A stretch of 63,286 nucleotides of DNA, filler included, from Chiloscyllium plagiosum (Eukaryota): assembly GCF_004010195.1 (NCBI RefSeq). It is 6 parts of one record of this genome, joined end to end, with 100 filler letters (N's around TTAATTAATTAA, not from the genome) between each part and the next. Parts side by side here need not be neighbours in the genome. Positions count along the whole stretch, not along the records: positions 43,493 to 57,662 come from NC_057717.1; positions 57,763 to 63,286 come from NC_057717.1; 4 more parts are not named here. One strand, 5' to 3'. Positions 49,225 to 61,129 of this stretch are shown here, piece by piece (the first letter of the stretch is position 1; each line of letters starts with the position of its first letter). The position numbers were made by a program, and so were the translations under genes. The notes below the pieces were generated by a model. That model saw only the letters and a program-made list of their open reading frames with translations. It was not told where the DNA came from and did no database searches.

Positions 49225-49425
49225 TCCTGGACCCGGGTCAAATCCTATCAATGACAGATATCAGAACTTCAGTTTAATATTCATGTGGAATTATGACTCT
49301 AATGTTGACCACGAAACCCTTGTCAATTGTTGTTAAAAACCCATCTGGTTCTCTAATGCACTTTAGGGTTTAGGGCTGTCCTTGTCTTGTCTGGGCTACA
49401 CGTGACTCCAGGCCCACAGCAATTG
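49225..49425 (+). mobile_element. Degenerate SINE-like repeat (related copy ~59150-59455)
   Basis: Both copies share TGTC(A/G)ATT(G/A)T...CTTTAGG...CTGG.CT.GCCTA...GT.ACTCCAG.C.CACAG. The family is not securely identified. Confidence 0.5.
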
Positions 49426-49659
49426 ATGCAGTTGGTGGAGGTCAGCCATCTAAGCTCCAGGCCCTCCCAGCAGGAGATCCTCAAGATTGTGTCCTAGCCC
49501 TAACTATCTTTCGTGACTGTATAACTGACATTCCCTCAGTCAGAATGTCATGGGTCCGAGGGTTCGCTAATACTCACACAATGTTCAGCAGCATTCTTCC
49601 CTCCTCAGATACTGAAGCCCTCCATGTGGCTCTGCAGCAAGATCCTGGCAACTTCAGCT

Positions 49660-52600
49660 CATCGGAAACGGCGTTAAGGAAGTGGGCACAGAGATGGATG
49701 AACTTCGGATCATTCGGGAGGCTGAGGGAGTAATTGAAAGGAGTTACAGGGAGGGAGTCACACCTCAGGTACAGGGGAAAGGTAGATGGGTTACAGTCAG
49801 GAGATGGAAAGGGAACTGGCAGACAGTGCAGGGAAGCCTTGTGGCCGTTCCCCTCAATAACAAGCATACTGTTATGGATACTGTTGGGAGGGATGGCTTA
49901 CCAGGTAAGACATGGGGTACAGATCTCAGGCACAGAGTATGTCCCTGCTTAGAAGGGAAGGGGGGAGAGGGGCAGAACATTAATTATTGAGGACTCCATA
50001 GTTAGGGGGACAGATAGGAGTATTCTGTGGGAACGAGAGAGACTCATAGTTGGTGTGTTGCCTCCCAGGTTCCAGGGTTCATGACGTCTCAGATCGTGGT
50101 TTCGGGATCCTTCCGGGAAAGGGGGAGCAGCCCCAAGTTTTGGTCCACATTGGCACTAATGACATAGGTAGGAAAAGGGATGGGGATGTAAGGGAGAATT
50201 TCAGGGAGTTAGGGTGGAAGTTGAGAGCTAGAACAATCAGAGATGTTATCTCATGTTTATTACCTATGCCACATGCTAGCAAGGAATAGGGAGAGAGAAG
50301 AGTTGAACGTGTGGCTACAGGGATGGTGCAGGAGTAGGTGGGTCCTCTGCAAACGGGGGGGGTCGACAACTGAACTAGAAACGCTCATTTAGCAGGACAT
50401 GGGAACCTGCATTGTAGCTCCAGTGTACAGGAGGTTGAGTGCAATTAGGTCAGAAATAAGGTTTCATGGTCGCAGGAGTGCAGCGGTAGGCAGGAAGGTG
50501 GTTTGAAGTGTGTCTACGTCAATGCCAGGAGCATCCAGAGTAAGATGGGTGAACTTGCAGCATGGGTTGGGACTTGGGACTTCAATGTTGTGGACATTTT
50601 AGAGGCATGGTTCGAGTAGGGACAGGAACAGCTGTTGCATGTTCCAGGGTTTAGATGTTTCAGTAACAACAGGGAAGATGGTAAAAGAGGGGGAGGCGTG
50701 GCGATATTAGTTCGTCAAGGATAGTATTATGGTGGCAGAAAGGACATTTGATGAGGACTCATCGACTGAGGTAGAATGGTCTGAGGTTAGAAACAGGAAA
50801 GGAAAGGTCATCCTGCCGGAAATTTTGTATAGGCTCCTGAATATTTTCAGAGATGTAGAGGAAAAGATTGCAAAGATGATTCTGGATAGGAGAGAAAGTA
50901 ACGGGATAATTGTCATGGAGGCCTTACCTTTCTAAATATTGACTGGAAACACTGTAGTTCAAGTACTTTAGATGGGTCAGTTTTTATCTAATTTGTGAAG
51001 GAGTGTTTCCTGACACAGTATATAGACAGGCCAACAAGGGGAGAGGCCACATTGGATTTGGTACTGGGTCATGAACCCGGCCAGGTGTTTGATTTGGAGG
51101 GACGGAGCACTTTGGTGATAGTAACCACAATTTGGTAATGTTTACTTTCGTGATGGCAAGGGATAAGGATATATCACAGGGAAGGAGATATAGTTGGGGG
51201 AAAGGCAATTATTCAGTAAGATTTATGATGCATAGGATGGGAAGGAAACTGCAGGGGATGAGCACGATTGAAATGTGGAGCTTTTCAAGGATCAGCTACT
51301 GCGTGTCCTTGATCAGTATGTACCTGTCAGGCAGCGAGGGAACGAGGGAACCGTGGTTTACCAAAGAAGTTGAATCTCTTGTCAAGAGGAAGAAGGCTTA
51401 TGTAAAGATGGTTTGGAGATGCCGGTGTTGGACTGGAGTGTACAAAGTTAAAAATCACACAACACCAGGTTATAGTCCAACAGGTTTAATTGGAAGCACA
51501 CTAGCTTTCGGAGCGACGTTCAGCTGATGAAGGAGCGTCGCTCCAAAAACTAGTGTGCTTTCAATTAAACCTGTTGGACTATAACCTGGTGTTGTGTGAT
51601 TTTTAACTATGTAAACATGAGATGTGAAGGCTCAGTTAGGGTGATTGAGAATTACAAGTTAGCCAGGAAAGACCTAAAGAGAGAGTGAAGAAGAGCCAGG
51701 AGGGGACATGAGAAGTCTTTGAGAGGTAGGATCAAGGAAAATCTTAAAACTTTCTATCAGTATATCAGAGATAAAAAAAATGACTAGAGTAAGATTAGGA
51801 CCAGTCAAGGACATTATTGAAAAGTTGTGTGTGGGGTCTGAGGAAATAGGAGAGGTGCTAAATGAATATTTTTCATCAGTATTCACACTGGATAAAGGCA
51901 ATGTTGTCAAGGAGAATATTGAGTTGTGTAGTATTAGACGAGAGCAGATTAAGGTTCATAAAGAGGAAATATCAGCAATTCTGGAAAGTGTGAAAATAGA
52001 TACATCCCCTGGGCTGTCTGGAATTTATCCTTGGATTTTATGGGAAGCCAGGGAGGAGATTGCAGACTTTGACTTTGATCTTGATGTCACGATTGCCGTC
52101 AGGAATAGTGCCAGGAGATTGGGAGATAGTAAATGCCGTCTCCTTGTTCAAGAAGGGGAGTAGAGCCAACCCTAATAATTATAGACCAGTGAGCCTTACT
52201 TTGATTGTGGATAAAGTGTTGGAAAGGGTGATAAGAGAGAGGATTCATAATCATCCAGAAAGAATGAAGTTGATTAGGGATAGTCAACATGGTTTTCTGA
52301 AGGGGAGGTCGTGCCTCATTGAGTTCTTTGAGAAGATGAACAAGCAGATGGATATGTGTAAAGTGGTTGATGTGGTGTATATGAATTTCAGTCAGGCGTT
52401 TGATAACGTTCTCCATGGTAGGCTATTGCACAAAATACAGAGGCATGGGACTGAGGATGATTTAGCTTTTTCAAACAGAAATTGGCAAGCTGGAAAAAGA
52501 CAGAGGGTGGTTGACGGTAAATATTTATCCCAGAGTTTGGTTACTAGTGGTGTACCACAAGGATCTGTTTTGGATCTACTGCTGTTTGTCATTTTTATAA

Positions 52601-53540
52601 ATGATTTGGATGAGGGCACAGAAGGATGGGTTCATTAAATTTGTGGATGTCACTAATGTCAGTGGAGTTGTGGATAGTGTGGAAAGATGCTGCAGGTTAC
52701 AGAGGGACATAAATAAGCTGCGGAGCTGGGCTGAGAGGTGAAAGATTGAGTTTAATGTGGACAAGTGTGAGGTGATTCACTTTAGATGGAGCTAAAGGAA
52801 TACAGAGTACTGAATTTATAGGAAGATTCATGGTAGTGTGGATGAGCAGAGAGAACATAATATCCATGTGCATAGATCCCTGAAATTTGTTACCCAGGTT
52901 GATAGGGTTGTTAAGAAGGCGTACAGTGTGTTACCTTTTATTGGTAGAGGGGTTGAGTTTCGGAGCCATGAGGTCATGCTGCAACTGAACAAAACTCCGG
53001 TGTGGCCGCACTTGGAGTATTGCGTACAGTTCTTGTCACCGCATTGTAGGAAGGATGTGGAAGCATCGGAAAGGATGCAGTGGAGATTTCCAGGATGTTG
53101 CCTGGTTTAGAGAGAAGGTCTTATGAGGAAAGGCTGAGGGACTTGAGGCTGTTTTTGTTACAGAGAAGAAGGTTGAGAGGTAACTTAATACAGACATACA
53201 AGATGATCAGAGGATTAGATAGGGTGGACAGTGAGGGCCTTTTTTTCCTGGATGGAGATGGCTAGCTTGAGGGGACAGAACTTTAATTTGAGGGGTGATA
53301 GATATAGGACAGATGTCGGAGGTAGTTTCCTAACTCAGAAAATAGGAAGGGCATGGAACGCCCCATCTGCAACATTACTAGACTTGTCAACTTTAAGAGT
53401 ATTTAAATGGTCATTGGATAAACATATGGATGATAACGAAGTCATGTAGGTTAGATGGGCTTGAGATTGGTTTCACAGGTTGGCACAACATCGAGAGCCG
53501 CAGGGCCTGTACTGTGCTGTAATGTTCAATGTTCTATGTT
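49660..53540 (+). mobile_element. Near full-length decayed CR1 LINE: ORF1 (SGNH esterase-like) plus ORF2 (APE and RT) plus tail
   Basis: ORF1 remnants EDSIVRGTDR, VCCLPGSRVHDVSDR and VLVHIGTNDI. ORF2 remnants LKCVYVNARSI, NYRPVSLT, YMNFSQAFDNV, SGVPQGSVL and PHLEYCVQF. Tail (ATGTTCT/A)n. Confidence 0.93.
51399..51619. mobile_element. Penelope-type palindromic insertion in the CR1, with ~12-bp target duplication
   Basis: Arms 51446-51518 and 51536-51608. Centre CTGATGAAGGAGCGTCGCTCC. Flanks TATGTAAAGATG and TATGTAAACATG. Confidence 0.8.
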
Positions 53541-54400
53541 TCAGGCCTGGGTTGACAAATGCAATTAACATCCGTGTCACACAAATGCAAAACAATTATC
53601 ACTTCCAAGAAGAGATCACATCGATAACGCCTTGTGACACTCAAGGCTTTGCTGTTGCTGAATCACCCACAATCAACAAGCTGGAGTTACCACTGAGCTA
53701 AAAATGAAATGGGTTTACAATGTAAGTACTGTGGCTATAAGAGCACCTCAGGGCGCAGGAACACTGCAGTGAGGGATTTTCCTCATGGCTCCAAAGACCT
53801 CTCCACCATCTCCAAGGCACACGTCAGGAATGTGATGGAATACTCCACACTTGCCTCGATGGAAATATCTCCAAGAGCCCTCAAGAAATGGGATCCCAGC
53901 ATGATCAAGCAGCCATATAAAGCACAATGTTGCAGACATTCAAAATCCGAAATGAAATCAGAAAGTGATGGAGAAATTCAGCAAATCTGGCAACACCTGT
54001 GGAGAGAAATATAGAGTTAATTCTTTTGAGTCCAATATAACTCTTATTCAGAACAGTGATGACAAGGTGTCATGTCGGACTAGAAACATTCATTCCCTTT
54101 CTCTCTTCGCAGTTACACCAGACCTGCTGATTTTCTCCAACATTTTCTCTTTTATGATGAAGTAACCAGTTTGAACGGCACCACATCTACAAACATTGTC
54201 TATCCACCACCGGTGCTCATTGGCAGCACTGAGTATCATTGACAATGCACAATTCAGAGACTCACCAATGCTCCGTAGACATCATCTTCAACATCTATGA
54301 CCACTACCTTCCTAAAGACAAAGACGCATGAGAACACCATGACCTGCATGTTCCCTTCCAAGCCACTCAGCATCCTGACTTGGGTATATATTCCTTCAGT
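53540..54400 (+). mobile_element. Old CR1/L2-group LINE 3' relic, with a degenerate palindromic Penelope-type insert (~53925-54155)
   Basis: LSTISKAHVRNVMEYSTLASM. It probably continues the relic at ~49430-49650 that the younger CR1 interrupts (inference). Confidence 0.6.
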
Positions 54401-54567
54401 AAAGTCCCTGAAGTACCAGTGGACCATAGGGCTGCTCTCTTATTAGTGAGAAACAACTGGCCGTGAGTTTAACCTGAGGGTCAACGTGCCCCAGGGGAAC
54501 GGTGAGGTTGGGAAAGTTGGACCTTCATGATGATCTCAGCCAGTGTGTGGACTGAACTTGTGCTGTT

Positions 54568-56810
54568 AACATAGAACATAGAACATACTATAATACAGCG
54601 CAGTACAGGCCATTCAGCCCTCGATGTTGTGCCGACCATTTACCTGACTCTATTGCTCTCTCTTCTATGTGCCTATCCAAGAGTTGCTTAAATTGCACAA
54701 AATACGGAGGCATGGGATTGAGGGTGTTGCAGCAGTTTGGATCAGATGCTGGCTAGTTGAAAGAAGACAGAGGGTGGAGGCTGATGGGAAATGTTCACCC
54801 AAGAGTTCGTTACTAGTGGTATACCACAAGGATCTGTTTTGTGTCCACTGCTATTTGTCATTTTTATAAATGACCTGGATAGGGGTGTACAAGGATGGGT
54901 TAGTACATTTGTGGATGACACTATGGTCGGTGGAATTGTGGATAGTGCTGAAGGACGTTGCAGACTACAGAGGGACACCAATAAGCTGCAGAGCTGGACT
55001 AAGAGGTGGAAAACAGTTTAATGTGGAAAAATGTGAGATTATTCACTTTGGAAGGAGGAACAGGAATAAGGAGTACTGGGCTTATGGTAAGATTCTTGGT
55101 AGTGTAGATAAGCAGAGAGATCTCAGCGTCCGGGTACATAGATCCCTGAAAGTTGCCACCCAGGTTGATAACATTGAGGCTGTTTTCATTGGAGGGAAGA
55201 AGGTTGAGAGGTGACTTATTTGAGCTATATAAGATAATCAGAGAGTTAGATAGAGTGGATAGTGCGAGTCTTTTTCTTTCGATGGCGATGGCTAGCATGA
55301 GGGACATAGCTTTAAATTGAGGGGCGACAGATATACGACAGATGTCAGAGGTAGTTTCTTTACTCAGAGTAATAGGGGCATGGAATGGTCTGCCTGCAAC
55401 AGTAGCAGACATGCCAACTTTAAGGGTATTTAAATGGTCATTGGGTCGACATATGGATAAAAATGGAATAGTGTGGGTTAGGGGGGCTTCAGATTGGTTC
55501 CACAGGTCAGTGCAAGATCGAGGGCCGAAGGGCCTGTACTGTGCTGTAATGTCCTATGTACTATGATCTAAATGTCCCTAATGTATCTGACACTACTCCC
55601 ACTGCTGTCAGTGCATTCCACACACTCACCACTGTCTGTGTTAAGAACCTGCCTCTGACATCTCCCCTAAACCTCCCTCTAATCACCTTAAAATTATAAC
55701 CCCCTCATGATAGCCATTTCTACCCAAGGAAAAAGTGTCTGTCTATTCCCTCTGTCTGTGTCTCTCATCACCTTGTACACCTCCATCATGTCAGCTCTCA
55801 GCGTTCTTCACTCCAGTGAGAAAAACCCTCGCTCCCTCAACCTTTTTTCATAAGACATACCCTCCTGTCCTGGCAGCATCCTGTTAAATTTCCTCTGCAC
55901 CCTCCCTAAAGATTCTGCATACTTCCTATAATGAGGCAACCAGAACTGAACATAATATTCCAAGTATGATTTAACCAGGGCTCTGTAGAGCTGCAGCATA
56001 ACATCACGGCACTTAAACTTCATCCCTCTGCGAATGAAAACAAACACACCATACGTCGTCTTAACATTTGTGGGGAGGGGTGGTGGGGTGGTGAGTTTGA
56101 GGGATCTATAAACATGGAAACCCCAGATCCCTCTCTCCCTCCATACTGCCAAGAAACCTGCCTTTAGCCCTGCCTTCTGCATTCCAATTCAACCTTCCAA
56201 AATGAATCACTTCACACTTTTCCAGGTTGTACTCCATCTGACACATATCAGTCCAGTTTTGCATCCTGTCAATGTCCCATTGCATCCTCCAACTGACCTT
56301 CCACCAACCTTCATGTCATTGGCAAAGTTTCTAACCCACCCTTCCACTTCTTCTCCAGGTCATTTATAAACATCACAAAAAGCAGAGGTCCCAGAACCGA
56401 TCCCTGCAGGATATCACTGATCACCAAGCTCCAGGCTGAATACTTTCCATCTACTACCATCCTCTGTCTTCTATGGGTCAGTCAATTCTGTACCCAGCCA
56501 GCCAAATTTCCAAGTATCCCATGCCTCTTTACTTTCTGAATGAGCCGACCATGGGGAATCTTATCAAATGCCTTGCTAAAATCCATGTGCACAACATCCC
56601 CTGCCCTACCTTCCTCAGTGTATCCTGTCACATCCTCAAAGAATTCAATAAGGTTTATGAGGCATGACCTGCCCTCATAAAGCCATGCTGACTATCTCTA
56701 ACCAAGTTATGATCTTCCAATTAATCATAAATCCTGTCTCTCAGAATCCTCTCCAATAATGTGCCCAACACATAGGTAAAACTGACTGGTCTGTAATTCC
56801 TAAGATTATT
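54568..56810 (-). mobile_element. Minus-strand CR1 3' half interrupted by a plus-strand CR1 3' fragment (54694-55568)
   Basis: Tail AACATAGAACATAGAACAT at 54568 and LQLYRALVKSYLEYYVQFWLPH on minus. The inner element has SGIPQGSVL, FVDDT and its own tail. TAAAT is duplicated at 54689-54693 and 55569-55573. Confidence 0.88.
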
Positions 56811-56811
56811 C

Positions 56812-56940
56812 TGGATCAGTGGTGCTGGAAGAGCACAGCAATTCAGGCAGCATCCGAGGACAGGCAAAATCGACGTTTCGGGCAAAAGCCCTTCATCAGG
56901 AATAAAGGCAGAGAGCCTGAAGCGTGGAGAGATAAGCTAC
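56812..56940 (-). mobile_element. Penelope-type repeat fragment
   Basis: Same family as 43770-44070. Contains an intact hammerhead core. Confidence 0.7.
56870..56901 (-). ncRNA. Candidate minimal type I hammerhead ribozyme motif
   Basis: The minus strand reads TC-CTGATGA-A-GGGC-TTTT-GCCC-GAAA-CG-TC-GA. All core nucleotides are present, but stem I is only ~2 bp. Confidence 0.5.
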
Positions 56941-57762
56941 CCTCTCAGGCAACATGTTCCATATTTGACCCATCCCCTGGGTAATTTGCTTTTCCATCAG
57001 ATCCTCGCGAAATGCTTCATTTTTCACTTTAACCTTAATTCAATTGGTCTAAGACATGCCTACATCGCGGAAGTATTTATCACAATCGGCCCAGTCTATA
57101 TCACTCACCATTATGTCTGCATCAATTGCCCCCTTAGCCTCTTCTGCTCCACAGACCCCAAACAAAAGTTAACTTTTTGCTGAGACCTCTCACTTCAGGG
57201 AACATCCCGTGAAACCTCTCTGCAATCTCTGCAGTGCAATTGTTCCCTGCCGATTTTGTAGCGATTGGACCCGCGCAGACTGTGGACTAACCATATCTTT
57301 CTTTAGAGTCTGCAACAATACTTCCTTCCTCCTATATTCCACCCTGTGGCTGATGATTATGCTTCCTTACGAACTTGCAGATGCAAGGACTACTGGGTTT
57401 TCAGTTCAGTACAACAGTGAACCTTTCATCGTTTTAAGTAAAGGTCCTGCTGAGAGCCCTGTCATTGACGGTGCCAGGAATCTTCACTGCCAAAACAAAA
57501 CTTTCCTGAGCATAACGCACCGCCTTTCCCCCGGTACCTCCCGCTATATGCCTCATCATTAGAGCAGATGCGATCGGGAGGTAAGCTAAGAGAATGGAAG
57601 AGAGTCCATTCAGGTAGGATACTGTGACGATGCATAATAAATGTAACAGTGGAAATTGAAAGNNNNNNNNNNNNNNNNNNNNNNNNNNNNNNNNNNNNNN
57701 NNNNNNTTAATTAATTAANNNNNNNNNNNNNNNNNNNNNNNNNNNNNNNNNNNNNNNNNNNN

Positions 57763-58538
57763 GAATTGAGTATAGAAGCAAAGAGGTGCTTCTGCAGCCT
57801 GTACAGGGCCTGGTGAGACCACACCTGGAATACTGTGTGCAGTTCTGGTCTCCAAATTTGAGAAAAGACATTCTGGCTATTGAGGGAGGGCAGTGTAAGT
57901 TCACGAGGTCAATTCCTGGAATGGCAGGATTACCTTACACCGAAACACTGAAGCGACTGGGCTTGTATACCCCTGAGTTTCGAAGATTGAGAGGGGATCT
58001 GATTGAGACGTATAAGATTATGAAAGGATTGGACACTCTGGCAGTAGGAAACATAGTTCCACTGATGGGTGAGTGCCGAACCAGAGGACACAGCTTAAAA
58101 ATACGGTGTAGACCATTTAGGACAGTGCTCAGGAGAAACTTCTTCACCCAGAGAGTGGTGGATGTGTGGAATGCTCTGCCCCATGTCTCAGGGTTATTCC
58201 AGCAACAACAGAGGTTGTGGGTATGGTATTTACCCGAATCAACCTGTTCGGAGATGGTACTGCACAGGCATGGATGTTGGAGCAGGCGAGGCGTGCAACT
58301 CACTTAATGCAATACATTTGTAGCTGGTTTCTAAAGACTAATGACAGGCTCACTCACTGGATTAATTTAAGAAGGAGTTGGATAGAGCTCTCAAAGATAG
58401 TGGAATAAAGGGTTATGGAGATAAGGCAGGAACAGGATACTGATTAGGAATGATCAGCCATGATTATATTGAATGGCGGTGCAGGCTCGAAGGGCTGAAT
58501 GGCCTCCTCCTGCACCTATTGTCTATTGTCTATTGTCT
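57763..58538 (+). mobile_element. CR1 3' fragment with (TATTGTC)n tail and an unrelated insert at ~58183-58345
   Basis: LVRPHLEYCVQFWSPNLRKDILAIE...RRLRGDLIETYKIMKG...RNFFTQRVVDVWNALP. Confidence 0.9.
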
Positions 58539-58574
58539 TACCTAAGCTCTGTCGTCTTGTCAAATCCATGTATA

Positions 58575-59140
58575 AAAGTCGATGGACATTAAACAACATC
58601 CTGGAGGAGAGGACTCCACAAATATCCCCATCCTAAATAATGGAACAGCCCTGTGCATCCATGTAAAAAATGCAGTATCTGCACCATACTCAGCCAGAAG
58701 TGTTGAGTCGATTACCCACCTCACCCTCACTATGATACCCTCAGAATCACAGATGCCCGTCTTCAACCAATTCAATTCACTGCAGGTGACATGAAGCAAC
58801 AGCTGGACACTGTAGATACTACAAAAGCATTTGGCCCTGACACCATTCCTGCAATAGGACTGAGGACTTATGATACAAAACAAGCCGTGTACCTGAGGAA
58901 GCTATTTCATTCTCCCTTCAACTCTGACAACTCCCTGGCAATGTGAGTAATTAGCAACTGCAGTCCTCACTTTCTCCTAATGTGGGTAATTACTCAACTA
59001 TGTCCCATCCCCTCAGAAGGGAATAATTACAATCGGACCAATTACCACGCCCTCAGTCCCATCACGATAGTCAAATTGGTTGGGGTTATTTTTGATAGAA
59101 CTGTCACACAGCACAGAAATAATAGGTTCAGTGTGGTTTC
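58575..59140 (+). mobile_element. Old CR1/L2-group LINE relic
   Basis: GGEDSTNIPILNNG, KAFGPDTIPA and TNYHALS resemble the pre-RT region of ORF2. Confidence 0.6.
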
Positions 59141-59559
59141 CGATAGGATACATGTGGAGATGGTGCTGTTGTGGAATTGTCATTGGATTGCTAATCCAGA
59201 CAAGGATAATTCTCTGGCAACTGGTGCAAGTTAATAACAATTAATAAAATATCGAGACCTCATACCTGGTGTCAGTAATAGTGATCGTGTATTCAATGTC
59301 GATTATAGAATTCAATCTCCTTCCCCAGTGTACTTTCAGGAAGTGAATCCCCCGTGCTTTCCTGGTCTAGCCTAAAAGTAACTCCAGACACACAGACATG
59401 TGATACACTCTTCAATGATCTCTGAAACGGGCAAGCAAGGCACTCAATTGTATCAAACTGCTGCGAGATCTTAAAGGATAAACACAGCCCCTTGACTACC
59501 ACTGCCTGATCTGCGAAAGAGTACCCCTGGTTCGCCAGTCTTCGAGTGCAGGCATTTAT

Positions 59560-60900
59560 TCTCATCTCAATGCAAAGTGGCCTGTCTGTACCTAATATTG
59601 TGGCCCCTTGTTTTAGACGTCCCAGCCAGGGGAATTACCATCCCTGTTCTAATCTGTCTCGCCCTGTGTTATATATTTCACGGAGATTTCCACTCATTTT
59701 CCTGAACCCCAAACTCTGCTCCCACAACAAGTCTGTCATCCCAGAGATCAGTCTGGTCATCCTTTGTTGCTCTCCCTCAATGTCAGGTTTGTCATCTGTT
59801 AGGAAAAGAGACCAAAACTGCACACAATACTGCACAATGTTCGACATGGGGTCTCACCAAGGCCCTGTACAGTTGCAGTAAGATACATTTACTCCTGTAC
59901 TCAAATCCCCCTGAAATGAAGGTGAAGACAGAATTTATCTTCCTTCCTGATTTCTGCTCCTGCAATATTACTTTAAGTGATTGTTGTACAGGGAGATCCA
60001 GGATCCTTTCAAAGTTACAGTTCCCCACGTGCTGGGCCGACATACAATGGTCAGCGTGCCAATGCCATTCCCAGAATCGACTTCTGGCTTCAGAACTCAC
60101 TGCCACACATGGACTCGGAGAGCTACTCAGAAATAAACAAAAATGCAGCTTAAGTTCATTTATAGTGCAACATTTTTCAACCACTCCTTTTTCAAATGAG
60201 AGGCTGCCAGTCCATTGTTCCCATCAAAGTACACAACATCTCATCTCCCCGATTACTCTCCACCTGCCACGTATTTGCCCAGTCACTCCACTTGTCTCAA
60301 ACACCTTAGAAATTTTTTACAACCTCCTCATCGATTCACAGGCTGACATCGTTTAGTGCTATCAGCAGACTTGGGAATATTGCATTTGCGCCACTCACCC
60401 AAAGATATGATGTGTATTGGGAATAGCTGGAGCCCAAGACACGATCCTTACAATATCCTCCGAGCCTTCCATTTAAAAACAAAACATTGTTTTATTCCTC
60501 CTCACTGTTTCCTGCCAGCTCTCCCATTCTAAATCTATGACCATATATTAGCCCGAGTCTCTTAGGATTCGAATTTGCACAGTAGGCTAGGGGCTTTATC
60601 AAATATCTTTCTGATAATCCACTCGCATGGCATTGATACCTCCTACATAATTTTAATAAAAGCCACTTTCTTAAATATGACTCCCATTTCATAAATCTCT
60701 GTTGACTTTGTCTATGCCCATTAATTTCAATCCAATACTTTCTCTAAACTGTTTAGTGGCTATTTTCATTCTGTTCCCTTTTTCTCACAAGACTAAAGTT
60801 CCCTAGTATTGCTAGGAAGTTTTTTTTTTGTTTTGTTTTCTTCTGTGAAGGCATAACTGAAGTATTAGCTCCATAGTTCTGCTATTTCCCGGTCCTCAAT
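59560..60900 (-). mobile_element. Highly decayed CR1 fragments
   Basis: FISGGFEYRSKCILLQLYRALVRPHVEHC; YCVQFWS. Confidence 0.75.
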
Positions 60901-61129
60901 TATCTGGTATCAGACTGTAAGAAATCTGCAACTGTTTTCTCTTAATTTTGCCATTGACATGTTTCCAGAAAATATTACAAGTTCTCTCTTATCAACTTTG
61001 TTAAGATAATCTTCAGAAACCCATCAATTCCTACCTTAAGCTACTCAATGATTGACCTTCCACAGCCATACAATCACAGAAGCACAGACTCTGTACTACC
61101 AGAAATACAGCACAGTCTACATTTGGCCC

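Noticed and set aside
52060..52638. Active reverse transcriptase gene
   Set aside because: It is a fragment of a CR1 with stops and frameshifts on both sides and a mutated catalytic motif (FVDVT for FADDT).
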